Positions 1-9,329 of a stretch of DNA of 64,000 nt are shown here, piece after piece (the stretch's first letter is position 1; every line of letters begins with the position of its first letter). The notes beneath the pieces were generated by a model that worked only from the letters and a program-made list of their open reading frames with translations, was not told the origin of the DNA and ran no database searches. The position numbers and the translations under genes were made by a program. Source of the stretch: Bacteroidota bacterium (GTDB taxonomy: Bacteria; Bacteroidota; JABWAT01); contig JAFLBE010000017.1 in the NCBI GenBank assembly GCA_017303995.1, forward strand, positions 4,000-67,999, read 5' to 3'.

Positions 1-899
1 CGGATCTTAGAAATCCGTTAGTAATCACTGATGTAACCCTTCCTGCTGAAACTGGTTTTAAGGTTTTTGATTCAGCTATTACTGAAGGTAAACTAATCTC
101 TGGAATCCGGATTCCTGCTCCGTCAGTTCTCAGCAGAAATACTTATGATGATCTTGTTGAACGATATAAAGCTGCCGGACTTGCAGGCCTTATTTTGTTC
201 AGGATGGGTGCACAACTTGACGGTCCGGTAGTTAAGTTTTTAAACGACGATTCAAAGCAAGCCATTGTTGATGGTTTTGGTTTAAAAGATGGTGATACAC
301 TTTTACTTTCAACTGGCCTTGGTACCAAGTACAAAATCATTCTTGGAAATTTACGGCTTGAACTTGGTAAAATTCTGAATCTGGTTGATGAAAACCAGTT
401 TTTATTCCATTGGGTGAATGACTTCCCATTGCTTGAGTGGGATGAAGAAGAAAAACGGTATGTTGCTATGCACCACATGTTTACTTCGCCCCGTGATGAG
501 GATATGGATAAATTGGGTGTTGATAATGGTGCGGTTAGAGCCAAAGCCTACGATCTTGTGTTGAACGGAAATGAAGTTGCTGGTGGTTCGATCCGGATTT
601 ACAAACCAGAAACCCAGTCAAAAATCTTTGAATTATTGGGAATGTCAGTTGAAGAAGCAAAAGAGAAATTTGGATTCCTGCTCGACGCTTTCAAATACGG
701 AGCTCCACCACATGGTGGAATAGCTTTCGGACTTGACAGAATGGTCATGATTATGACCAAGTCAACATCAATCCGTGATGTCATTGCTTTTCCAAAAAAT
801 TCGAATGCCCAGAGTTTGATGGATGGCGCCCCTTCTGATGTTGCAGATAAACAATTGAGGGAGTTGTACATCAAAACGACTCATGTTCCTGTAAAATAG
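1..899 (+). CDS. aspS: Aspartyl-tRNA synthetase, C-terminal part (5' end lies outside the window; frame open from nt 3)
   Basis: Class II aaRS motif 3 and AspRS C-terminus HGGIAFGLDRMVMIMT...IRDVIAFPK. Upstream GAD-insertion-like region AMHHMFTSP. The reading frame is open back to the window edge. Confidence 0.9.
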   Translation, partial: DLRNPLVITDVTLPAETGFKVFDSAITEGKLISGIRIPAPSVLSRNTYDDLVERYKAAGLAGLILFRMGAQLDGPVVKFLNDDSKQAIVDGFGLKDGDTLLLSTGLGTKYKIILGNLRLELGKILNLVDENQFLFHWVNDFPLLEWDEEEKRYVAMHHMFTSPRDEDMDKLGVDNGAVRAKAYDLVLNGNEVAGGSIRIYKPETQSKIFELLGMSVEEAKEKFGFLLDAFKYGAPPHGGIAFGLDRMVMIMTKSTSIRDVIAFPKNSNAQSLMDGAPSDVADKQLRELYIKTTHVPVK

Positions 900-924
900 G
901 TATAAACTAAGTATTTTTATTTAA

Positions 925-960
925 GCCGTATCCGGGTTCTCTGGGTACGGCTTTTTTTTT
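925..960 (+). terminator. Rho-independent terminator after aspS
   Basis: Hairpin gccgtatccgg-gttct-ctgggtacggc followed by a T9 run. Confidence 0.7.
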
Positions 961-975
961 GCATAAAAATGTGTA

Positions 976-1722
976 TTGTGCTTAAAATTATCTTTTGCGA
1001 TTATAACATCCATGAAAAGTGGACCTATTTGCAGTTTAATAATTTGTTTTTTTATCCCCATAAATTTGGCTTTTAGTCAGGATTTCCCGGTGTTTTCTTC
1101 TCAGGATCAATTCATCATGGATTCTCTGACCGTCGAAATATTTAAACGATCCTACCTACTTGGATCGTTAAGTGAAGAATCCCGTATGGAAAATGAAAAG
1201 GTATTTCAGGAAAACTTATCGTGGTTATCTCCTTTCAATTTAGGATTGCAACTTTACAATCCAAATCAGACAGGAAGTTCAACATCTGGTAGTCAGATTG
1301 GGTTTTCGCCAACATTTGGTGTATCGCTGAATATTGATCTCGAAAAACTGATAGCATTCCCAAGCAGAGTGCGTATTGCAGAGGCAAATCAAAGCAGAGT
1401 AGAAAATACGTTACTTCATCAAAAACGTGAAATACGGATTTTCGTGGAAATGAAATATTACGACTACCTGTTAACGGTCGAAAATGTAAAAATCAAAAAG
1501 AACACCTTTCAAAACCAAAGTGATCAGGAAAATCTGATCCGTCAAAAGTTTGAAAAAGGAGAAGCCAAGCTGGAAGAAGTTCTTTTAATTCAAAGTGCTT
1601 TGGAGCAAACCAGGCTTTCAATTTTGGAAAGTCAGTTTCAGTCCCAAAAAATATACAGAGAACTTCTCATCATGTCATCTGTTCCTGAGGACTTCAATAA
1701 CCTTATGAAAAGCAGGGATTGA
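976..1722 (+). CDS. Short TolC/OEP-like outer-membrane protein (one coiled-coil repeat); the true start is probably the internal Met at about nt 1012
   Basis: Signal-peptide-like N-terminus, then heptad-rich helices of the TolC outer-membrane efflux family type (LIQSALEQTRLSILESQFQSQKIY). Only 248 aa, about half a TolC. It lies 5 nt upstream of the Wzc-like gene. Confidence 0.35.
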   Translation: MCLKLSFAIITSMKSGPICSLIICFFIPINLAFSQDFPVFSSQDQFIMDSLTVEIFKRSYLLGSLSEESRMENEKVFQENLSWLSPFNLGLQLYNPNQTGSSTSGSQIGFSPTFGVSLNIDLEKLIAFPSRVRIAEANQSRVENTLLHQKREIRIFVEMKYYDYLLTVENVKIKKNTFQNQSDQENLIRQKFEKGEAKLEEVLLIQSALEQTRLSILESQFQSQKIYRELLIMSSVPEDFNNLMKSRD

Positions 1723-1726
1723 ACCC

Positions 1727-3958
1727 ATGGACTTATTTTTACAGATTGTAAGGTCAGTAAAACGCCGTTGGAAATTCTGGACTTTATTTCCATTAGCCGG
1801 GATGGGTATAACTTTTTTGTTAACCATGAATGAACCCAAAACCTATGTTTCTGTTTCAACATTGAACATCAATTTCCCCAGCAGCAAGGTCTTAAGTTTA
1901 ACCGATGATGTTTTGCAGCAATTTGAAGTCAACTTATATTTTGAGAATCTGATCGAACTCATCAGATCAAAAAAGACAATTGACAGATTACAACTTCAAC
2001 TTATCAGTGATCAGCTGAACCAAACGCTAAACTTCCCCTTAAAAGGCCAACCCTTTGTCAATGAAGCAGATAAAACCGGTTTGTTAGCAAGGGTCGATTC
2101 ACTTCTTGATAAAAACAAACCTTTCACAGAAGGAGAAGCCGGTTTCAAACAGGTTACTGACTTTCTGAATGCAAAAAAACTCTCATATAGTAAAATAGTT
2201 TCTGGCCTTAAAGTTAACCGGGTAGGGAACAGCAATTATATCAAACTTCTGATTGAATCGGATGAGCCGATGAAGTCAGTTTATCTTGCTGAAAACCTGA
2301 TTCGTGCTTTGATCTGGCAAAATAGAATAGTTGCAAGAAACCGAACCTCATTTGACAGAGAAATGTATGAAAAATTGGTTGAGCAGGCACGGTTGGTTTT
2401 AGATGAGAAGGTAAACCGGTTAGAAAAGTATAAAGTTAAAAAGAATATTATCAATCTGGATGAATATACAAAAGCCCTCGTTAATCAAATTGTGAATCTG
2501 GAACTTCAGATTACCAAATTGACCCAGCAGAAAGCAGAGGCTGACAGAGGACTTTCGAAGCTGCAGGAAACGGGAAACATTCCGGCTGAACTGCCACTTA
2601 ATTTGAGTTCAAATAAAAGTATTCTTGAAAAAAAAGCACGGCTGAAAGTATTTAACGAAGAACTTCTTCGAAATCAGTTTGAAACCAGTCAAAATAGTCG
2701 AAACAAGGATATTGAAGACAGTATCCGGAATTTGAAACGGGAAATCAGCGAATCCATTACCGGTATCCTTTCAGATGTTCCTTATGATGTTGGTGCAACC
2801 CGCCAGGAAATTGCAACCCGGACGATAGGGTTTTTACTGGACAGGGAAGTTGCAGATGAAGGACTAAAAGTCATTACCGGAGAATTAAAACGGGTAACCC
2901 AATACATAACTGTTTTTGCACCCATTGAGTCAGAAATTGGTACCTTAAATAGTGAAATCAATGTTGCCCAGGAATCTTACCTGATTTTACTCAATAAGCT
3001 AAATCTTGCCAAAACCGTTGAGCAGGGAAAAGGTGAAGGTGAAATTGTCATGTTGGATCCGCCCGGGGTTCCCGAGAAACCAGAACCATCGAAACGCTGG
3101 ATTCTGATTTTACTTTCAGGAATGAGCCTGTTTGTTATCATTGTAAGTCTGTTGGTGGCAATAGAAATTCTGGATGCTACCATTTCAACAGTTGAGCAAT
3201 ATGAAGACGTAAGTTCTTTACCCTTACTTGGTGTCATACCTGACCGTACTGATACGATTCTTGAATCGGAAGGTCTTTCAAATCAGATTGCAGAAATGAT
3301 TTCAATTCAACAGGTTAGGCAAATTGGAAAAGGAATCACGAATTCTGGGGCTGAAAAGAAATGTATTTTGTTTGTCAGCTCGCATCGTGAGGAGGGAAAG
3401 ACCACACTTGCATCAGAACTTGCCAAACAACTGATAAAATCAGGAAAGAAATTGCTGCTGCTTCAGGCTGATTGGATGAAAACAGATTTTGAACCGACCC
3501 CTGAATTCCCATTTCTGGGTCAGGGAAAAACTGTACCAGGTGAGCTTTCACAATCTGGTTTCTGGGTTCTGGCATCGGAAGGGAAAAGTTGCATAGATGA
3601 AAGAAGTGAAGAGGATTGGAAATCTGAAATTATTATCCTTAAGAATAGATATGATTTTGTTTTTATTGTAAGTCCGCCAGTGTCTGTTTTTACAGAGTGG
3701 AAGGACTGGACGAATTTTTCTGATGGACTTATTTGGGTATTCAGGGCAAATCGTGTCTTTCAGGCAAGCGACAGAAGAAATCAGGCCATGATAAGCGAAA
3801 TGGGGGAGAAAGTAATTGGGTCAGTTTTAAATGGTGTCACGTTAGAACGGATGGAAAGTTACCTCGGTACTTATTCCAAAAAGACGATCTGGTTTAAGAA
3901 AATGGATCAAGAGAATGATTTCCAGAGAATTTATATTAATCAAAGGAAAGAAAAGTGA
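1727..3958 (+). CDS. Polysaccharide co-polymerase / BY-kinase (Wzc/GumC-like)
   Basis: N-terminal TM segment, a long coiled-coil periplasmic Wzz-like region and a second TM (ILILLSGMSLFVIIVSLLVAI). C-terminal P-loop kinase with Walker A SSHREEGKTT, Walker A' LLLLQADW and Walker B YDFVFIVSPP, plus a Tyr-containing tail. Confidence 0.75.
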   Translation: MDLFLQIVRSVKRRWKFWTLFPLAGMGITFLLTMNEPKTYVSVSTLNINFPSSKVLSLTDDVLQQFEVNLYFENLIELIRSKKTIDRLQLQLISDQLNQTLNFPLKGQPFVNEADKTGLLARVDSLLDKNKPFTEGEAGFKQVTDFLNAKKLSYSKIVSGLKVNRVGNSNYIKLLIESDEPMKSVYLAENLIRALIWQNRIVARNRTSFDREMYEKLVEQARLVLDEKVNRLEKYKVKKNIINLDEYTKALVNQIVNLELQITKLTQQKAEADRGLSKLQETGNIPAELPLNLSSNKSILEKKARLKVFNEELLRNQFETSQNSRNKDIEDSIRNLKREISESITGILSDVPYDVGATRQEIATRTIGFLLDREVADEGLKVITGELKRVTQYITVFAPIESEIGTLNSEINVAQESYLILLNKLNLAKTVEQGKGEGEIVMLDPPGVPEKPEPSKRWILILLSGMSLFVIIVSLLVAIEILDATISTVEQYEDVSSLPLLGVIPDRTDTILESEGLSNQIAEMISIQQVRQIGKGITNSGAEKKCILFVSSHREEGKTTLASELAKQLIKSGKKLLLLQADWMKTDFEPTPEFPFLGQGKTVPGELSQSGFWVLASEGKSCIDERSEEDWKSEIIILKNRYDFVFIVSPPVSVFTEWKDWTNFSDGLIWVFRANRVFQASDRRNQAMISEMGEKVIGSVLNGVTLERMESYLGTYSKKTIWFKKMDQENDFQRIYINQRKEK

Positions 3959-3998
3959 TTTTGACTGACTTTACAGGCGCATCTGAAAAGTTTTGCAT

Positions 3999-4028
3999 AA
4001 AGCCCGGTTATTCCGGGCTTTTTTATTT
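3999..4028 (+). terminator. Rho-independent terminator
   Basis: Stem agcccgg / ccgggct with loop ttatt, then a T-run. Confidence 0.75.
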
Positions 4029-4157
4029 TACCGAATGGCTGACATTGTTGCAGCAGGAAACAAAACACTACATTAAATATCGATCCAAATTACAGATTTT
4101 ACCTGATTTCAGTTAAACAAGTTCAGTGATACCTTAGCATTACACCAAGAGGTAAAT

Positions 4158-7100
4158 ATGAAACGTTTAATTAGTTCAGTATTAATGGCCATATTATTCC
4201 CGCTAACCCATTTTGCCGGGGACGTTTCAACCCGATTCAGTATCTATGTTCCACCAAATAACAGTGCCGGCCGGCAGGCGATGCTGATTGTAACCTCCAT
4301 TCAGGATGGAGCAAATGTTCGCATTATTGATGATGAAGAAGACGGGGATAAAGATGACTCCTGGTCTGGAGTTCTGGACAAAGGGGATACTTACCTCATG
4401 GTTCTTGCCGACGGTTCTGTCAATGATGATTATGGCGGAAAAGCAGATGGTGATTATTTTAGGGTGATTTCGGATAAACCCGTGCTTGTTAGTGAAGCCA
4501 CCCGCTCTGACTGGCAGCATGATTTTGTTCCGTCAGATAATAAAACCATGATAGGTAGCACCTTCTATGTTTTTGCTCCACCGACGTTAATGTCGAAACA
4601 GGATTTGAACATTTTCGCCTATACTGACAACACCATCGTTTACATTAAAGAGTTAACAAGTTCAGCAAAGCTTTCAACAGGTCGCATCACAGCAAATCTG
4701 AAATCACCTGCGGTTCTGAGATCTTTTGTTTTGAATGTCGGGAAAGATATCATCTACAACGGAACTGAAGGCCAGGATATTTTGGAAGGTGGAAAAACTT
4801 ATCTGATTCAGGCAACAAATCCCGTTTCTGTACAGTCCGGGGCATTATTTGGAAGTGCAAGGGACGGTGGCGCTTACGTTCCTTGCTCAAATGGCTCAAA
4901 TGCCGGAAATCTCTTTTACTTTGGTGTTCCTTACCAATATTCGGGTGAACAGGAAATCAGACTGGTTTCATTTAACGACGACAATCTTGTTACGCTAAGC
5001 TATTATGAAAACTCGTCAAAAAAGTGGATCGACATTCAAACCTGGACATTGTCGACTTACCAAACTGCTGATTGGGTTGCAAAAGCAGGCGTCGCTTATG
5101 GTGTATTCAGAGTTACTGCTTCAGTTGGGAAAAAAGTAGCCGTTTTTGAAGCAAACTGGCTGGAAACCGGGAGTCCGGGAACAAGTGACATTGGGGTTTT
5201 TCTAACGGCTTCTGATGGTTCAGGGGCAGGTACACGATTTGTTGTTTATTTGCCGCCACCCGGAATTGAAAGTTCTGCAATAAATCCAAAAACCGGTAAA
5301 AAATATCCGACCGAAAAAATGACCCATATTTATGTTTATGCCCAACAGGATTCGACTCATTGCTGGATAGTTGACCGTGGTACTTTTGGACAAAAGCTTT
5401 CGAACAAGTTCACCGTTGACAAAGACGGATATCATGATTGGTTTGTTAACCTCGACCAATGGAAATCAATTTATAACGGAACCGGGACAACAAGCGGACC
5501 TGAGCGACCTTACGTTGAAGTTATTACCGACAAGCCGGTTTCAGTCATGCTTGCAAACTGGAATGACAATTGGATGGCTTATGCAAATTCTATCCTGACA
5601 CCCTCTTTTGAATCAGAATCAGCTGCTTCGGTCAATAAAGTGGCACCCAATGAAGATTTTACCTTCAGGGCAAAAACGAAAAATACATCAGAATCAGTTC
5701 TGAAGGATGTATCAACAACCGTTTCTCTTGAAAATGGACTTGAGTTGAAAAAATCAGATTTCAAAGTTAATGAAAAGGATCTTGGTGGAGGAGAAATAAA
5801 AACCGATAAAAAAACAAATATCGTTACGATTACTGTTTCAGGTTTTGATCTGAATCCGGGAGATTCAATCACAGCGACTATTCAGACAACTGCAGGATCG
5901 ACCTATAAAGATGGAACCTCTATTCCGAACGGGGCAGTTTTATCTGCAACATCCACCACTTCTGCAATTGATAATGAAGGAAATGTTGTTGAAACGACTC
6001 ATTCTGACGGGATAAGTATATCAACCCTCACCGGCGGAACAGAAATAAAAACAACAACTCTGGCCTTTGAAGATTTATATCGTCAGTCGTGGAATGATTG
6101 GGATTTTAACGATTGGGTTGTTGGAGTCAAGGCAACAAAATATTTGACGGTTGATCAGCTTGTTGAACGGGCAACCTTAACTTACACGCCACTTGCCCGG
6201 GGTGCAGTCAAAGACCATTTATTCAAACAAACACTTACGTTCAACGGTGAAGCGCAGATATCAAAATCAATTTATGAAGCCGACGGAACACTGGTTTCTG
6301 TCTCTGCACCGGTAACCTATCGGGATGGCGCAACTGTTACCATTTTTGAAAGCACCAAAACTGCACTTCCGCCAGAAAAAGGATTCACCTTTACCAATAC
6401 TGAACGAAGTCAGCTTTCAGATGTGAAAGGTCAGATTGTTGTGCTTTCACTTGTTTTAAACTCGCCGGCAAAAAATCCACAATCAGACTTTTCAAATTTC
6501 CATGACCCTTTTCTGGTTCTTGAAAATAAAGAAGAAATTCATGTGAGGAGCCTGATCAGCAACCTTCCGGAATATATTCAGAATCTTGACAATGTTGAAA
6601 GTGATGTAAAAATAAAAGGGTTTGATCTCGATCTGGCCTTGTCATTGCCTGAGGGTTGGCGATGGCCGCTTGAATCCAAAATAAACGCACTCTGGGCATC
6701 CTATCCACAATTTGAATCGTTTATTCTAACCGGAAAAACAAGCCAGACAGATTGGGCAACCCTTCCTGAAAATTCAAAGGTTCGGCATTCTGGTGCACAC
6801 CAAATAAGCTCCGGACAATTTTTCCAAAAGGAAAGAGAACTGTCTTTTACTGCTATTCCTTCTGAAATGGGATCACTTGTTACAGCAGTTTCTTCCGAAG
6901 AAAATGGAAAAACTGTACTCCTGACCATTTCCCAATTTGGTAACGTTTACAAACAAACCGGGTCTGATTTGCCGGTTAAAATTGCATCAGTTGGAGCAAT
7001 GGTTCGAAGCAATCCGTCACTGCTCAATTTTCAGGGTGAAAGCTGGCTGGCTTTTGGTGATGAATTGGGCAGGTTGAACCTGATTGGTTTTTCGGGAAAT

Positions 7101-8381
7101 CAAACGGCAGGATTCCCGGTTCAATTTGAACATCCAATCAAATCATCGCCTGTTAGTGTTGGGACGGGGGAAAGTCAATTCCTGATTCTGGCAGCAGGAG
7201 ATGGAAAAATCTATAAGCTCGGAACTGATGGGGTTCTTGTTACCGGTTGGCCAAAAGAGTTTTCTTCAAGAACGGATGAGTTTGGACAGTTTCCGATGGT
7301 ACCCACACCGGCAGTTGGTGATGTGAATGGCGACGGTCTCTCTGATATCGTCATGGTCTCACCAGAAGGCCGGTTAAATGTTTTTTCAGAAAAAGGGGAT
7401 TTTCTTACCGGATATCCGATGGAACTCGGCCATGGCGTGATCACCTCACCCATCCTTGTGAGTCTTGATGCGTCGCCGGGCAAAGAGATTATTATCGTTT
7501 CAACCGATGGAAGCATATTCGTACAAAACTTTGCCGGTGATAAACTGAGCGGATTTCCGTTGGAGCTGAACGATGGCGTTTCTGCCTCGCCTGCAGCCGG
7601 AGATCTTGATCATGATGGAAAAATGGAAATCGTGGTTGCTACCGAAACCGGAAAGCTATTTGCAATCGGGCAAACTGGAAAAATCCTTCCAAATTTTCCT
7701 GTTGTTTTAACCAATGGAATAACTTCTGCTCCACTTGTGGCTCAGCTTGATGGTAAACCCGGTGAGGAAATTCTTGTGGTGGCAGAAAACGGAACCTGGT
7801 CAGCCTGGAATCAATTTGGTGAAGTTACCGATGAAACCGCAATCAATTCGGTGTATAGAGAAACATGGACCCAATCCCCCCCTCTCCTTTATGAAACAAC
7901 AGAAGGAACTGGAAAACTGATCCTCACCAGTGTGACCGAGGCACCCTTGATTCTCGATTTTTTACAATTTGATTCAGACAGTTCATCGTGGACTACTTTT
8001 ATGGGAAACCAAAACCGGACAGGAAATTTGACAAAATCCTATTCCATTTCTGGCGGAGCGGACACCGCACTGATTAAAACCAGTGCTTTTAATATGCCAA
8101 ATCCAGTCCGGAAAGGAAGTTCTACAACGACTCTTGTTTACAGATCAGCAATCGGGATTAACACGATGTCAGTCAGCATTTTTGATCTGGGAGGTGAATT
8201 GGTGAAAACCTGGCGAAACGACTCTATTCTGCATTCATCCACTGATCATTATGTGGTTTGGGATCTTAAGAATGCAGATCATTTTTCAGTTGCCAACGGT
8301 GTTTATCTGGCCGTGCTGAAAGGGAAAAATGCGTCAGGTAAAGACTTTGAAACCACAATTAAAATCGCAGTTCTGCGATAA
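4158..8381 (+). CDS. Giant secreted repeat protein with FG-GAP/VCBS-like beta-propeller repeats and a T9SS C-terminal sorting domain
   Basis: Signal peptide. The N-terminal half shows an internal duplication (YFRVISDKPVLVSEATRSDW versus YVEVITDKPVSVMLANWNDNW). A DUF11-like repeat is present. FG-GAP-like motifs include GDVNGDGLSDIVMV, GDLDHDGKMEIVVA and AQLDGKPGEEILVV. The C-terminal ~80 aa match the Por/T9SS CTD pattern (VYRSA...ANGVYLAVLKGKNASGKDFETTIKIAVLR). Confidence 0.7.
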   Translation: MKRLISSVLMAILFPLTHFAGDVSTRFSIYVPPNNSAGRQAMLIVTSIQDGANVRIIDDEEDGDKDDSWSGVLDKGDTYLMVLADGSVNDDYGGKADGDYFRVISDKPVLVSEATRSDWQHDFVPSDNKTMIGSTFYVFAPPTLMSKQDLNIFAYTDNTIVYIKELTSSAKLSTGRITANLKSPAVLRSFVLNVGKDIIYNGTEGQDILEGGKTYLIQATNPVSVQSGALFGSARDGGAYVPCSNGSNAGNLFYFGVPYQYSGEQEIRLVSFNDDNLVTLSYYENSSKKWIDIQTWTLSTYQTADWVAKAGVAYGVFRVTASVGKKVAVFEANWLETGSPGTSDIGVFLTASDGSGAGTRFVVYLPPPGIESSAINPKTGKKYPTEKMTHIYVYAQQDSTHCWIVDRGTFGQKLSNKFTVDKDGYHDWFVNLDQWKSIYNGTGTTSGPERPYVEVITDKPVSVMLANWNDNWMAYANSILTPSFESESAASVNKVAPNEDFTFRAKTKNTSESVLKDVSTTVSLENGLELKKSDFKVNEKDLGGGEIKTDKKTNIVTITVSGFDLNPGDSITATIQTTAGSTYKDGTSIPNGAVLSATSTTSAIDNEGNVVETTHSDGISISTLTGGTEIKTTTLAFEDLYRQSWNDWDFNDWVVGVKATKYLTVDQLVERATLTYTPLARGAVKDHLFKQTLTFNGEAQISKSIYEADGTLVSVSAPVTYRDGATVTIFESTKTALPPEKGFTFTNTERSQLSDVKGQIVVLSLVLNSPAKNPQSDFSNFHDPFLVLENKEEIHVRSLISNLPEYIQNLDNVESDVKIKGFDLDLALSLPEGWRWPLESKINALWASYPQFESFILTGKTSQTDWATLPENSKVRHSGAHQISSGQFFQKERELSFTAIPSEMGSLVTAVSSEENGKTVLLTISQFGNVYKQTGSDLPVKIASVGAMVRSNPSLLNFQGESWLAFGDELGRLNLIGFSGNQTAGFPVQFEHPIKSSPVSVGTGESQFLILAAGDGKIYKLGTDGVLVTGWPKEFSSRTDEFGQFPMVPTPAVGDVNGDGLSDIVMVSPEGRLNVFSEKGDFLTGYPMELGHGVITSPILVSLDASPGKEIIIVSTDGSIFVQNFAGDKLSGFPLELNDGVSASPAAGDLDHDGKMEIVVATETGKLFAIGQTGKILPNFPVVLTNGITSAPLVAQLDGKPGEEILVVAENGTWSAWNQFGEVTDETAINSVYRETWTQSPPLLYETTEGTGKLILTSVTEAPLILDFLQFDSDSSSWTTFMGNQNRTGNLTKSYSISGGADTALIKTSAFNMPNPVRKGSSTTTLVYRSAIGINTMSVSIFDLGGELVKTWRNDSILHSSTDHYVVWDLKNADHFSVANGVYLAVLKGKNASGKDFETTIKIAVLR

Positions 8382-8396
8382 GAAGGACGAATTGAA

Positions 8397-9293
8397 ATGA
8401 AAACTTATTTGTACCTATTCTTAACTTTTGGGCTGATTGTTTCTTTCACCGATCTTTTTTCACAAAGTGGCGGTGAAGCCGGTGCTTTTCTGAAAAACGG
8501 CTTTGGCATTAAAGAGACAACACTTCGGGGGGCAGTAACAGCATCGGTCTCAGGTCCCGCCTCCGTTTTCTGGAATCCAGCCAATTTAAAACCGGGAAAA
8601 CAATCTGAACTGATGTTCGCTTATGTTAAACCATTCGGAAACTTTTCCGGAATTTCAACCTTTCAGGCAGGATTTTTCTCAACGGTTTGGGATCAGCCTT
8701 TTGGGTTGGGAATTGTGTCAATGAATGTAGATGGGATTGAGGAAGTAAACTCATTTTCGGGTCCGACCGGAACTCAATTTTCGAGCAGACAAACCGCCGT
8801 TCTTTTGGGAACTTCCTATCCGGTAACCAAAAAGTTAAATTTGGGCGCAACTGTAAAATGGATTCATATCGGGCTTGCCGGTGAGAATGCGTCAGGAATC
8901 GGAGCAGATTTTGGATTAAACTGGGCGTTTTCTGAGCAATTGACATTTGGAATTAATTTAAGGGATTTGCTCGGTGCGAGACTGGCTTTGGGCTCAAAAA
9001 CTGACATCGTTCCCTTTAAAATGCAAACAGGATTTGCCTGGAAAACGCTCGATATTCTTGAGTTATCAACTGATGTTGTTCTACGTCCCGGTCAGAAAAC
9101 CCTGGTTTTAAACGGTTTAAGTGTTGATCTATGGAATTCAGCACTGTTTGCCTATTCCGGTTTCGATGCAATCAACGGAACCGGATCACTTGGCTTTTCA
9201 GTGAGGTGGTATGATTTTTCACTAGAAAGTGGTTACCTCATTCAAAAACATCTGGGGAATAGCTTTTCTTTTGGCGGTTCAATACGATTCTGA
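8397..9293 (+). CDS. Outer-membrane beta-barrel protein, PorV/PorQ/PorP-like (T9SS-associated) or Wzp-like polysaccharide porin
   Basis: Signal peptide. N-terminal motif GAVTASVSGPASVFWNPANL resembles PorV/PorQ-family barrels. Alternating amphipathic strands and an aromatic C-terminus (GGSIRF). Confidence 0.45.
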   Translation: MKTYLYLFLTFGLIVSFTDLFSQSGGEAGAFLKNGFGIKETTLRGAVTASVSGPASVFWNPANLKPGKQSELMFAYVKPFGNFSGISTFQAGFFSTVWDQPFGLGIVSMNVDGIEEVNSFSGPTGTQFSSRQTAVLLGTSYPVTKKLNLGATVKWIHIGLAGENASGIGADFGLNWAFSEQLTFGINLRDLLGARLALGSKTDIVPFKMQTGFAWKTLDILELSTDVVLRPGQKTLVLNGLSVDLWNSALFAYSGFDAINGTGSLGFSVRWYDFSLESGYLIQKHLGNSFSFGGSIRF

Positions 9294-9329
9294 GAAATAA
9301 ACATCACTCCCCTTATAAACTGAAAAAAT

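Noticed and set aside
143-544. 133-aa minus-strand ORF overlapping aspS
   Set aside because: Entirely antisense to a well-supported AspRS frame, Ser-rich and low-complexity. Typical shadow ORF.
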